Positions 50,145 through 62,736 of a DNA stretch of 64,000 nt are shown piece by piece. The stretch is taken from assembly GCA_046563655.1 (NCBI GenBank), contig CM102288.1, positions 2,852,001 through 2,916,000 on the forward strand, written 5' to 3'. The translations under genes were made by a program, and so were the position numbers. How positions within the stretch are numbered: position 1 is the stretch's first letter; each line of letters starts with the position of its first letter. The notes beneath the pieces were generated by a model. It ran no database searches. It was given only the letters and a program-made list of their open reading frames with translations, and was not told the origin of the DNA. The stretch is from Yuukianura sp. NJ FZ-2021. Its lineage: Eukaryota.

Positions 50145-53100
50145 TTACCAGAAGGGACACCTAAAAATAAAACAAAGTTAAAAAGTTATAACTTGACCTT
50201 GGATTTGAAATTTGACCTTTGACCTTACCATCCAATGTAACATTGACACAAATTCTCATGATTTGTAGCCTGGTGAATCAGTAGTTTAACTTGATCTTTG
50301 ACAGTAGAAGGCTCTTCGTTGCTAAAATCCCTTCCAGTAAGTTTCTCTTTCACTCTCGTCACTACTGCTAAAGCCTTCTTGTTCAAAACTTCTGGCGGCG
50401 GTACTGCCGATGATTCTAAAAACACATTTTTTTTTTTCAATTTTTGAAAACTTCTTCAAAATTTTGAAACTTACCTTGTTCTTCTGGCGCTTTTTTGGTA
50501 ACTCCGCTCACATTCGTCGGCAGCGTAGCAAGACTTCCTCCACTCTCCAAATATTCGCCCGGATTCTCAACAATGGAATTACTCACACTTTCTCCAGCTG
50601 CTGCTGCTGCGGCAGCATTTCTAGTTTTGGATCGCTTGGCCTTTGGTGCTGTTTCAATTAGTCTCCAATTCAAAAGTGGATCGTAGACAAATGCTTCTAG
50701 AACGGCCATCAACGAGTCCTTGTTGTGTCGCAGCACTTTCATTACAGACTCACAAGTACATCGATATGTTCCATCAATTCCTGTAATCTGTTTCAAAAAA
50801 TCAAAATTTAAAAAAGAAAAAAAACTTTTCTGAAAATACTTCTGAAATTGTTCAAGGGCCTTCTAAGGCCTCTGAAAACTTCAAGTGGGTACTTTCAAGT
50901 CCTGTCTCACCTCCATAGCATTGATTAGCATTCTTGTGAGTCTGAATGGAATTTTCTCAGGAAACTTTTCTCTTGTCATTGCCACTTCAAAGCAGTCACC
51001 AAAATCGATATGAATAATCTTCCCACTCTGCCTGTCCAACATCAAATTACTCGGGTGACGATCCCCTAGGCCCAGAACATATCCAACCATTGACATCACA
51101 GCCAGAGACCGGATGTAGTTTGTTCTTCTATCAAACCATACCTACACAAAAACAACACTCAATTAAATTAGAACCTTAGCTACTTAATTGAAATTATCAT
51201 TTAGATTAAAACAAAACAAATGCATCCTCCCACCATTTCACTGCATTTCAGAAAACTTACTTCGCTACTTGGGCTCTTGAGCCACAAGAGTCGAGCCAAG
51301 TCATCTCCTTGAGTATGTTCAAGAGCGTGTTCAAAAACTTCCACTTTTTGCATGAGGGTCAAGTGATCATAGTCCGGAGCCATTCGCAGCATGATTCGAT
51401 GCTCAATGTTGAGCAAAATCTTCTTTTTCTCACGATAGTCATGAATCAGAGTGTGCAGAGTGTCACAGTGTGGAACCCAACCGATTAGGCCAGAATTTGT
51501 AGAAAGTGGGATCACAGCGTATCGCTACAAAACAATATGACAAATCCCGTGATTCAAGAGCACATTTTCAAGGAATCGACAAAATATTTGAACAAAATAC
51601 TTGAATTGTTAGATTTCTTCGAAATGTTTCTGGATCTCCAAGTAGAAGGGTGTTGACTAATCCAAACAATTGCATTACACGCTCGTCTTGTCGTAAATCT
51701 TCGTGTCCCTTGAGTAAATACACAAAATCCTTTCCATTGGATCCTGAAAATTTAAAATAAATGTCATTTAAAATAAAACTTACAGCGAGTAAGAATTAAC
51801 AAAGCATGAAGAGCAGATAGAAAATGGAAAGTTTAGCGGAACAAACAGAAAATACTAGGCGTAAACCGTAGTCTGTGTAAGAAGCGATAGAGGAACCGCA
51901 GTGTTATACCTGTTATACATAGCTTCCTAGGGCGCTGCTTGCTGGTAATCACTTGCAGAAAACTTTGAGTTTGCGCAATTCGTATAATCGGTTTCCCTGG
52001 AACGTATGATCCGGGAACAGCCAGTTCCAAGTCACGGCACTTCAGTAATTTTGGCGACACATATTGAAGTTCTAGCCAGAAAAAATTCACAATTTTCAAA
52101 ACTCTTCAAAATTTTGAACTTTTGAATTCAAAAAACTTACCAAGTGAAATCAGCTGCGGCAACTGTCTAGAAATTCTCTTGAAGACATGATAGTACAAAT
52201 CCCATGCTTGATTCAAATCTCTTAGATTTCCATTGAGTTTGTATCGCTTACACCATTCCTGTGCTTCATTCAAGTCGCGTCCATATGCTTGTGTAAAACT
52301 GGTTTCCTTGATCGTCTGTGGTCCACGTTCCAGCATCGCATGAAGTGGTTCCAGTACTTGGAACATCCCAGTTACATTCCTTTCTCCAAAGTACAATCGA
52401 CTCGCTTCTTCCAGTCCTTCATGCCACATTTCATGCCACAAAATGGCAACTCTGATCAGCTCTTCACTGACCAGCATCGCTTGTTGAACTAAAGCTTGCG
52501 AATGATCGCACATCTTTTTCAAAATTGTGTGAGCAGCTTGGTGACGAGCTGGCGACGACGATTTGGAAGCGACCGTCAATGGATAAATCAGAGCCTGCGG
52601 ATGACATTTTCCAATTTCCGTTAGAAGTGATATGATTAGCCGTGACACGAGGACTCGCGGTGTGTCAATTCTTGCAATCAATTGCGGAATGACCTGGAAA
52701 AACAAAGCCGAATTACATTCCATTCAAACTTCAAAATTTTGAGTTATACTTTTACTAAAATTTTGACGATTTAGTTACCTGGAGCCAATTGTCCACATGT
52801 ATTGTTTTGATTCCCTCTTGTAGACTCTCATAAACTTCGTGCCACTGACCATAGTCAAACCAAAGTGTAAGCAGACGCAGTGTATCTTGTAGGCTGGAGC
52901 CACGCGAAGAGCTGAGGCTGATTGATCGTACGAAACCTTGAACGGCTGGAACTGTGAATTGATTGATGTAGGCAGGAGTCTGTAAAAAAAATTCAAAATT
53001 CAAGAAACTTTTGAAAATCGCCAGCATTTTTAGTACTTACGAGTCCAGATTTGCCAGTATCCGAATTCTTGCTAAGAAGAACTGCTTCGAAATTCATGTA

Positions 53101-56100
53101 AGCCAAAGAGTGCCAAGCTTTGTACCACGTCTTGTCATACTCCGTCGCCTGCTTATAGTACCTTCAATTTGAAAACAAAATTAGCAGTTAGCAATGAGCT
53201 ATCGACTAATTCGCTACTAGCAATCAGAACTAGTTAACATTAGCAATTAGGTAAAAACTTACTTCAAAACTGGCTGAATAACTTCTTCCGTCAACCCTTT
53301 GATGTTTTCCTGCCACTCTCCAAGTCTCAAGTAGCATCTCGAAAGTAGTTTGATAGCATCAGCATCCAAGTCTCTCTGAAGTGATTGGTTGACAAAGGCC
53401 GATAGTTGTGCAAATGCTGCCTCGCGTTCTCCACTTGCCCAAAGATGCTTTGTAAATGCATAATGAACTTTCCCCGAGTCAGCACTGGCTTTCAAAACTT
53501 CCAGTACTTTTTGACTCAACTTCATTCTTCCATTCTTGCGACAGAGACTAGCAAACTTAAGCTGCGTATTGACATCTTCTTGAGGTGCAACGACTATCGC
53601 ACGTACTTGCAGTATCGACTGCCAATCTTCAACTACTCGCTGGCATCCTTTGAGTCTCTCCCACCACATTTGCTTGATACTTTCTCGCTTCTCAGGCACT
53701 AACTTGTACTGAATCACTTCTTCCAACTCCGCCAGCATTTGAACAGTTACCATTGAATTATAAGCTCTCTGATAACTTTCACTGGACATCGCAGTTAGTT
53801 CAGTATCCAAAACATCACGTGCCATGTCAATCAACTGAAAACAAACAAAAACTTCAAAATTTTTGTTTTCGAAAATATCAAAATTCCAAAATTTCATAAC
53901 TTACGGATTCTGCTTGAGCATATTGCCCTTTGTGGATACAAATTAACGATCGATAGAACAATTCGTCCTGCGTGTCTCTCGGAATAAACTGCACGTATTT
54001 CTCAATTTCCTCCCACTTATTCAATCCCCAAACAGCCGCCGCTGAAAAACAAATTCGCAGTCCAGAAAATAGCGCCATATTTTCAGCAGCTACAGTTTGT
54101 TTGTCTTGAACCTTACCAGCCATTGGGGCCATCTTGTTTTTGTCTTTGTCACTGGCCTTGAGCCACTGTGACTTCGCCAAGTCCTCTAAATTCCCCCACT
54201 CTGCCAATGCTTCCAAGCATCTCATTTGTCCAATTGTTAATTCAAAGTCATCTGGAGCCGTTGACTGCTTTACGACATAAGATTCCAGCGCCTTTTCCCA
54301 GTCGTGGAGTCTCTCGTACCACTGTTCTTGAACTTTGATATCTGAACCATAGTGTTCCATTGCATACTCCAGCAACCCTATAAATCAAAATTACAAAAAC
54401 TCAATTAACATAACAATTAAAGTAAAAATTTTTTAAGTTAATTTAATTTAAGTTAAGTTTAAGTTAAGAAGGAGACAGTTAATTCGATCCATTATTACCT
54501 GCTGCAGCTTCCTTATTTTGCAACTTATTGTTGATACTAATCAAGCTCTCGAGTACTTCCGAGCTTGGATTTTTGTGAAACTGTTCCTCTTTATAATGTA
54601 ATGCCTGCAGACAACACAATATTACAGTACTGAGAATTTCAGAATACTTTAGAATCGCTGATCGCTGATTACCTTAGCAAAGGCACAACAGTTCATGGCA
54701 CGCTCTCCCAGAAACTGGGGGTCAAGTGGCAACGGTCCTTTTTCACAATGCTCCATAAATTCTGCCAAATTGAGCAGCGTCTGCGTGATTTCTGGAAGAT
54801 CTTCCACATTCAGCGCCTGGGTTAAACTACGAAGCAGTTCATTTTGTTGCTCTTCTTGTAACTCTGTCCAACAGGAAATGAAGGCAGCATTGAACAGATC
54901 CCGTGGCAGTTGGGCATACGTTTGAGCCAAAGTGTTGCAGGCACGTAGAGAAGGCGATGGAGACTCTTTCAAAAACTCAATTGATAATCGACGGAGCCAT
55001 TCTACCCAATCTTCTTTTGAAACTCTTCGGGATGCTGTCCAAGCTCTTTGCAAATTGGCAGTGGAAACATGAAACTGGAGAAACAAAAATCAAAAAAGAA
55101 CATCAAATTTCAAACTCAAGAACTCGCAATTTCAAAAATTCAAAAAAGTTATGTTAAAAAGTTACCCGATTGATGCTGGTCGTGTCCGTAGCTGTGAGCC
55201 CCATGTGTCTTTGTCGACTTTTTGGATTTCTCATGATAACTTCTTGGTCATCGGGCTTGTTCTTGTATAGAATTAGAGTTTCGTAGCGACTGTGCTTGAA
55301 ATTGTGTTTCTTCAGCACTTTGTGTATCATGGGGATAAAAACTTGAAACTTTGGACCAAACTGTTGAACTAAACTTGTGAGAGTATCCATCACGGGTTCT
55401 CTCAGCTCAGAAAAATTATCGAATGTCCTAACCAGCGTATGAATAATCCTAAAAATTTAAACAAAAATCATAGTTAAAACTAAACTTCAGATTACGTATT
55501 TCTATGGCTTGCCTTGAAGAAAAGTCGGAGAAGTTGAGCGTCGGGCTAAGATGTTCCAGCGTTTCCAGTGCAATTCTTTTGACATTCAAAGGAACGTCGG
55601 CTGAATCCAGCAATTTTACAATTGGTGGCAAAAGTAAATGCAAAAACTCGTCCAGGTTTGTTCCAAACTTTTGCAAGGCATTCAGAAGCTGAAAATTTCC
55701 AAAAAAAAAATCGTATTTTTAAAATCACACAATTTCCGAGATCTTAAAAAAATCTGAACTTACATTGGCTGTAACGACTCTATCACGACTTGAATCGTGA
55801 ACTAAAACTTTCAAAATTTGTGGAATCAATTGTGCCAAGTAAATTTTGAATTCGGATCCTAAGGCTAAGGCCACTTGTTCCACTACCAAAATAATTGTCA
55901 CTTGAAGTGAATGATTCTTCATCCAGAAATCCTGAATACAGAATTCCAAAATGATTTTTTTCAAATTCCAAGAAATCGTAACGCAAAGTAAAATTTTAGT
56001 TTTACCTTGATCAAATTAAAAATATCGACCAAGTAGTTTCTTATATGTTGCTTCACAATTGCAATCAACATGCCCAGTTGTTGAAATAGGAAATCCTTAT

Positions 56101-59100
56101 ACTGCATCTCCGTCGTCCGAATTACTTGAATTAAACATGGAATCACTTGGGGAATGTACGTGACACAGGAAATATTTAGCGATTTGAAAACAAAGGTCAC
56201 GGCTTGGACGACAGTTGTGTGATGCTGAGCTAGAGTATTGTCACGAATAATTCTCATCAGCGTAGCAATTGCTATTGCGGGGTAGAATTCATCCAGTGTC
56301 GCATTCGACATGTGAATCAACATTTCACTTGTTGTCATTTCTGCACAAAAAAAAATCCAACACCGAATTAGACATACGCGTAATAAAGTTTCGTCGTTAA
56401 TCGATTAAGTACTCAAAAAATTTGACCTTGGACAGCTTCTATCTCCAATTTCGGATCCGTCATTGACACCAATGCTGTTGCATTTCCTTCTACGTCAATT
56501 TGGCCCAAGTTCATCTTGTGCTTGTACGGATCCAGAGCTCCTAGCAGTCCCAGTACTCGGATAGTTCCACGTCTAGAAATTTTTCAAAAAAGTTGAGATT
56601 TCAATAAAAAAAAACAAATTTTTTTTTTGAATTTTTAGAAAAGTACCTAGCAAATTGTTGTTGTTCCGTTTTTAGAAATCCCAACAACGTATCTAACAAA
56701 GTAGGAAACATTTGGTAAGGCGTCATCACCAGTCCAGTATTTTCAACCAACTGGCCCAAAGTCCACAGAGCATATCCTCTCTGAAGTGGAGCAGCCGAAT
56801 CGTTCAACATTTCTAACAAAATGGTCAGTAGTTCTGGAACGCTTGAACGCATTTCTGGTCCAGATACTTGCGCAAGGTCACCAAGGGTCACCAAAATGTT
56901 AACAACAACTCCAGGATTTGGATCAGGATCTTTGAGTTTGGGAATAAGTGCATTCAAAACAGGTTCTCGATAGCATCGAATGAGTTTTGGACAAGTTGCT
57001 ACTAAATGACCCAACATCCTTGCAGACTGTTCCTTGTTTCGTCCCATTCCACTGTATTCCAACTCGATCAAAATCTGTAGAAAAACGATTTGAAAAATCA
57101 CTTCTTTCATAATTTGTGTAAATTGCCCTACCTGAATGAGAAGTTTTCGTAATCCTGGAAGGACGTAAGCTGGATTTATGACCGAAAGCCTGCCGATTGT
57201 GCACAACGAAATTTCGCGAATTTCAAAAACTTCGTCTTGCAGGGTCACGAAAAGAGCAGCCAAATTCTCCGGTTGTGCCAAATAAGTGTCAAAAATCTCG
57301 TCCAAGTTTTCCAGGACGGAAAACCTCACTTCTGGATCTGAAATGTCCAATTTCAAATGGTCAACCAATTGAATTTAAAGAAAACTAACCGAAGTAATTG
57401 ACTAACCTGCATCGGTGACTCCGACGACAAGTAATTTGTTGAGAACATCAGCTACGGTTACTGTCACGGTATGACTGTAACGACCGTCTAAGCCCTAGTG
57501 CCAGTGAAAAAAAAGCTGCGATTAGCACAGCATAAGCTTTCTTGATTAAAAAGTTTCCAATTTGTTGAGAGCGGTTTACCAAAATCGCTTGACGAAGCAG
57601 CGTGCAGCATGTTCGTACAGCTTCCAATCGAATGTCTTTGACATCGCAGTTGAGGAAATGATCAGCACAGTGTTTCACAAATTGAATTAAGCTGCTTCCT
57701 AAAATCGAAAGAGTATACGGGAAAACTGTTCCAAAAATTTTTCCAGAATTGGAGTTGGAATTTTTTTTTTACCATCGACATCAAATTTTGCCAAAGTTTC
57801 AAGCGCAAGTACAACTGCTGCATTGTCAAACTCTTGTGCTGGTAGAATTCCAATGGGTTTGGGCATCCCAGGATGCCGCCATGGCTGGTTCATCAAAATC
57901 TGACTCAAAATTTTGAGCAGCCCGTCGTTAATGTCCTTCTTCAAGTTAGGAATTTGCTTCTGGATTTCACGCAGTGCCATTGTTAAACTTGGGCTGAGGC
58001 CAGTCGCCAGCATTTGCTCCAGCATTTCACTGATTTGAGTTTTAATTTGGTTTCCAGTTGCCTGAGTCAGGAGTGTGATACAAGTGAAGACTGTTGGGTC
58101 AAATTTTAATGCAGTCCTCTTAGCATCCTAGTGAAACAAGCGATTCGGCAAACTTTCAAACCAAACCTAATTTCTACATTGGAATTTTAGTTAAAGTAAA
58201 AATCGGCATCGAACTTACCTTTGCAGGAAGCGCCGCTTTCACAACTTCCATGATTTTCACAAGGTGTGACTTGATATTTCCTTTTACGGCTAACGCAATG
58301 AGTCCAATGGTCACAAACGCTTCGGAACGCTCCTTCGAGCGGAGACTTGTCAGAAGGAACGCCATCGTCTGCTGCAGAAACGACGCTCTGAAACAAAAAA
58401 TTGAAAATTTAAAATGTACTTTTTCGAATTCAAAATTATAGAATTTTTCGAAACTTTGTCAACTTACCCTTGATGTTGAATGCAGAATCCTTGAACGTTA
58501 AATGCTGCAAGACGCGGTAGAATCAGAAGCAAAGTGTTCTGAACATAAACGTTTTTGTATCCTCGACATTCCAAAACAGACTTGCAAATTTCATTAAAAT
58601 TCTCCATCAGGAGACGCTTGCAAGCTGCAGATTCACAGGATGTGGTGCTCGTCGTTTGGAGTTGGTTCAATTTTGGAAAGTTAGCAGCCTGTGATCGCTT
58701 AATTTTAAAAAACGTTTCTTTCCCTTCTTTCCGAGTAACAGTTCCCGACGAAGGAGTTTCAACATTAAGTTCATTAAAAATATACTCCCACTGATGGTTG
58801 CTAATCCGCAGAAGTTCGTTGATTACTAACAGACTTCCATGAATTCTGTCTTCTCGTGTTACTCCTTTTTCTCTGGGATTGACCTCCACAAATGCAAGTT
58901 TCGCTTCTTCGTATGAATCTTTATACCAGAGCGTCTGGGTCATTATATTTTCACGCTGAGCCGTCACAATCAGTCTAGTGAAGAAATTTAATTGCGTGTA
59001 ATTACATTTTAGCATAAGAAAAAACTGAATAGTGGAACTTACGCTTGTCTTAGAGCGTTGACAGCTCCTTCACGAATGTGCGGCTTTGGATCTCGAACGG

Positions 59101-59963
59101 CATTAAAAATTACTTCAAAGAATTGTTGTACTTGTTGAAAAAAGAACGTAGGTGTGGCAGTAGCTAGCTCTCGAAGGACAAGAACCTGAAATTGGTTAGT
59201 ACATTTTAAGTTAACCAATCAATTTAAAAAATTTGTCTTAGAATGTTACCGCAGCTAATCTTTTCCCTTCGTGTCTGTCACCGCCTAACCACTCAAACGC
59301 TCTTTTGACCTCAACATCGATGTATTCTGTACTGTATGTTCCCGAAACCAGAGCTAATTTTCCAACAGCTTTAGCCGCCATTTCCATAACTTCAATGTCA
59401 GACGACGGGAAAATGTTACGAAGGTAGTTAGCAAACCGGGATATTCTTGTGGATGTATTTCCGACATCAACGCCAATGAGACTTTCTGCAAAAAACAAGA
59501 TGGGCATAACCCGAATAGCGGGTAGTTCAATTGGTTCTTCTACCTTCTACGTAAATGGGTTGTAAATAATTATTTTAGATTACCGATGGCCAGAATTGCT
59601 CCTTTCCTTTCATTGCTATCCGGACTGGATACCATGTCGAAGATATGATGATTGAACTCATCCATAAAAGCCGACAGTTCTTCCACATTGACCTCCCGGA
59701 GTTCAGTAGTGACCTTGAAATCAGACATCCAATATCAATATCACATCTTATTTTGCTATAGTAGTATTTACACCAAAATAACGTTTAATTTACGTTTAAC
59801 TTACGTAATGATACAAATCCCTAGCTGCTTTGTAGCGTACATCTTCATGCTTAGATTTTAAGCCAGTTACAAATTGCTGCATCAACGGTGCAGAATTGGC
59901 ACTATGAGTACGAAAAGTAAGCCTTTGTTGAGGCTTATAGCCTCCACCTCCCGATCCACTCAT
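50145..59963 (-). CDS. Tor: Serine/threonine-protein kinase TOR (HEAT, FAT, FRB, PIKK kinase, FATC); complete multi-exon gene
   Basis: ATG at 59963 (MSGSGGG...[17 protein letters not shown]). HEAT region includes [13 protein letters not shown] is [20 protein letters not shown]. Kinase motifs are [28 protein letters not shown] and [14 protein letters not shown]...[13 protein letters not shown] is [13 protein letters not shown], with the stop at 50145-50147. Confidence 0.98.
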
Positions 59964-60197
59964 TTTAATTGTCAACTCCCAACTTTTAATTCATAATTTT
60001 TAAGTCACATTTCACAATTTGATGTTGAGAGGTCAGAGATCAATGTGATTATAATCGAAACTGCGACGCCGTTCGAACTAAACACTTGTTATTATTATTT
60101 TTATACAATGAAAACAAAAACAATAGCCTGAGGGCATTCTGCACTCTCAAATTGAGAAAATTCAAATTTGACGCACTGTGTTGGTGTTCGTGTCAAT

Positions 60198-61128
60198 AGG
60201 GGTTCTCACGGTCCAAAAAAGAATCCGATTCTTTTCAGAGGAGGATCTTTTTTCCTCGGTTTATAATCCGCCTCCGTGAGTGGACCGTTTCTGCCAAAAA
60301 TTATAATCAGTTTCTTTGGGGCGGTGATAGGAATTTGCAAATAGTAAATAACCTATACGTCACTAGTTGAGTCCAATTGTTTATTTGATTATCGATTATG
60401 ACTTATAAAACAAAGTAAGGATGTCGCCAAAGAGTGACCAGGGTTAATGAGGGAGTTAGTTTAATGGTTAGTCTAATTGGCTGGCAAATAACTGTTGGGT
60501 GGGAGGTATCAGCGTGAAATCGTAATATTTACGATGCACGATTTAACAGAACTACTGGAGTTGTTGAACACTTATCGATACATGGAATGGAAACAAAGAC
60601 ACCAGTTCCTAAAAGCATCCTTTGGCTGGAAACTGCACTGCCAAGCTCTGCCTTCGTCAGTCACACAGGTTCCTTCCAGCATCTTTCGGAACGATTAAAT
60701 CACAATCCCTAACAATTTGTTCGGGAACTCCAATTTCCCCAAAACCATCAGAAGCCAAAACAAAAGGAGGTGTAACGTTGGATCGTGTCCCCAAGTACTC
60801 AGTCATCACTGTTTTAGTTTGATTTGTCCATTTGAACAACGATGGAGTGATCGCACTATCACTAAAGGGTTGGTGGGCCTTTGGGTTGACAGTTAGTTAG
60901 TTATAGTAACTAATTAAACTGGACCTAACAACTAAAAACTTAAAAACTTCGAAAAAACGAATAAGAGAGACAGCGAGAATCGGATTCTTTTGAAAAAGAA
61001 CCACTCGAAAGAGGATCCGAGGAAAAAGGGATTATAATCCACTTTTTGAATTTCGCGCCCGAAAAAAAAGAACCGATTCTGAAAAAGAATCGGATTCTGG
61101 ATTATAATCCACCACCGTGAGAACCCCT
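60198..61128. mobile_element. Non-autonomous DNA transposon (MITE), probably PIF/Harbinger-like, about 930 bp
   Basis: Perfect 15-bp TIRs aggggttctcacggt (60198-60212) and accgtgagaacccct (61114-61128) are flanked by aat on both sides (an alternative reading is a TA TSD). Subterminal repeats gaatc(c/g)gattct, ttataatcc and tttttcctcgg/ccgaggaaaaa occur at both ends. Confidence 0.8.
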
Positions 61129-61775
61129 AATGATTTTTGTTTCGTTCTAGTCATTACTGGTTACAAAAATTGATCAAACTACTTTATGACGTTAGCTTAA
61201 GCAGTAGATTAATTTTAAACGATTTTAACAGACTTAATTGCTAATTAATTGTAAAGTAATTGATTAATCAACATTTATGTAACCGAACAGCTGATGTGCT
61301 ATTTTAAGTATTTCGCGCAAAATTTAAAAACAAAGTATATACCTAATCCACTGATTTGGCGAATTATCTACGATCATTTTTTTAATTCTCATGAATTCTA
61401 AAGAAATACGTAAATAACAGTAAAAGACGTATGCAATTGCCAAAATAGTTTAGTATTGATGAGTTCTAGAAACATTTCAAATGTTAATTAGTAACATTTT
61501 TGATTTAGTGGCTTAATTAAGCAGTTTTCCCAAGCAAAGGCATTGCGTACGGTTCGCGTGAATTCAGGAATTTCGACAAGACAATTCTGAGATTTAGTGA
61601 ACCTGATTTTGAATGAATTCTTTCGAGGATTAAATTCCTGAGAAATTTCCCCTTGTCTTTTCTTTTTTAGATCTGCTGATTGCTGATGTTTGTGAAAATC
61701 AGCAGCTGATTGTTGGAGACTAATTGTGGAGTGTTCATCTAAGTTAATTAGTTGTGCGTTTGACATTCGGTGATC

Positions 61776-62736
61776 ATGGTGAACTCAACTGCACTGAGCC
61801 GATTACGGCAAGACTACATACGTCTCAAAAGGGATCCCATTCCATATATCTTAGCAGAGCCTCTTCCAAACAACATCCTAGAATGGTAAAAACATACGAT
61901 TCAATCAACGAGTCGTTAATATTTAATAAAACTCGAAGAATTAATAATTTGTATTCCTTCCAGGCATTACCTCGTTCATGGTCCAGAGTCTTCAGTTTAC
62001 GCTGGCGGTGTTTATCATGGAAAGCTGAAGTTCCCGACAGAGTTCCCGTTCAAACCACCCAGTATTTACATGATTACTCCCAATGGCAGGTAATTTCCGA
62101 TCACTCATCTTTGGTGGATTTGTGAGCATCTAATCAGTACTTCAACCCTTAGGTTCAAGACGAATGTCCGCCTCTGTCTGTCCATTTCCGATTTTCATCC
62201 TGATACATGGAATCCTGCTTGGTCCGTCGGTACTATACTTACTGGTCTTCTTTCCTTCATGGTACGTCCACGTACACCATTACACCGCCTTAGTTTCAAT
62301 CCCGGTTTAATTCGTTTCTTAAATTTTTAGTTGGAAAAGAGCCCTACACTTGGATCTATCGAATCTTCAGACTTTGAGAAACGCTCTCTTGCCTACAAAT
62401 CACTGGAATTCAATCTCAAGGACAAAGTTGTTCTAGAGCTTTTTCCTAATATTGCAGAGGTAATCCTAAGAACCAACTTAAAAGCAAAGGAGTCTGGCTA
62501 ACCTTAAATGTTCCTTTCTTCAGGATATGAAATCAATTGTCACCGAACGAGCAATTATTGCTGCCAATACGGCCAGTCGTCCCTCTCCTTCATCTCCGAC
62601 AGCTACTGAGGGAGTAATTGGTGAACCGCCGTCAAATCTCCAGTCAATGTTCGCCACCCTTTTGGTTGCAATTGGTGTCGCCCTGTTCGGATTTGCTGTA
62701 AAGCACGTACTACGTTCAATCTCTTACGACGAGTAA
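61776..62736 (+). CDS. UBE2J2: Tail-anchored ER ubiquitin-conjugating enzyme E2 J2 (Ubc6), 5 coding exons
   Basis: The spliced product is MVNSTALSRLRQDYIRLKRDPIPYILAEPLPNNILEWHY...[62 protein letters not shown]...TLGSIES.... The C-terminal TM segment is FATLLVAIGVALFGFAV. Confidence 0.95.
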
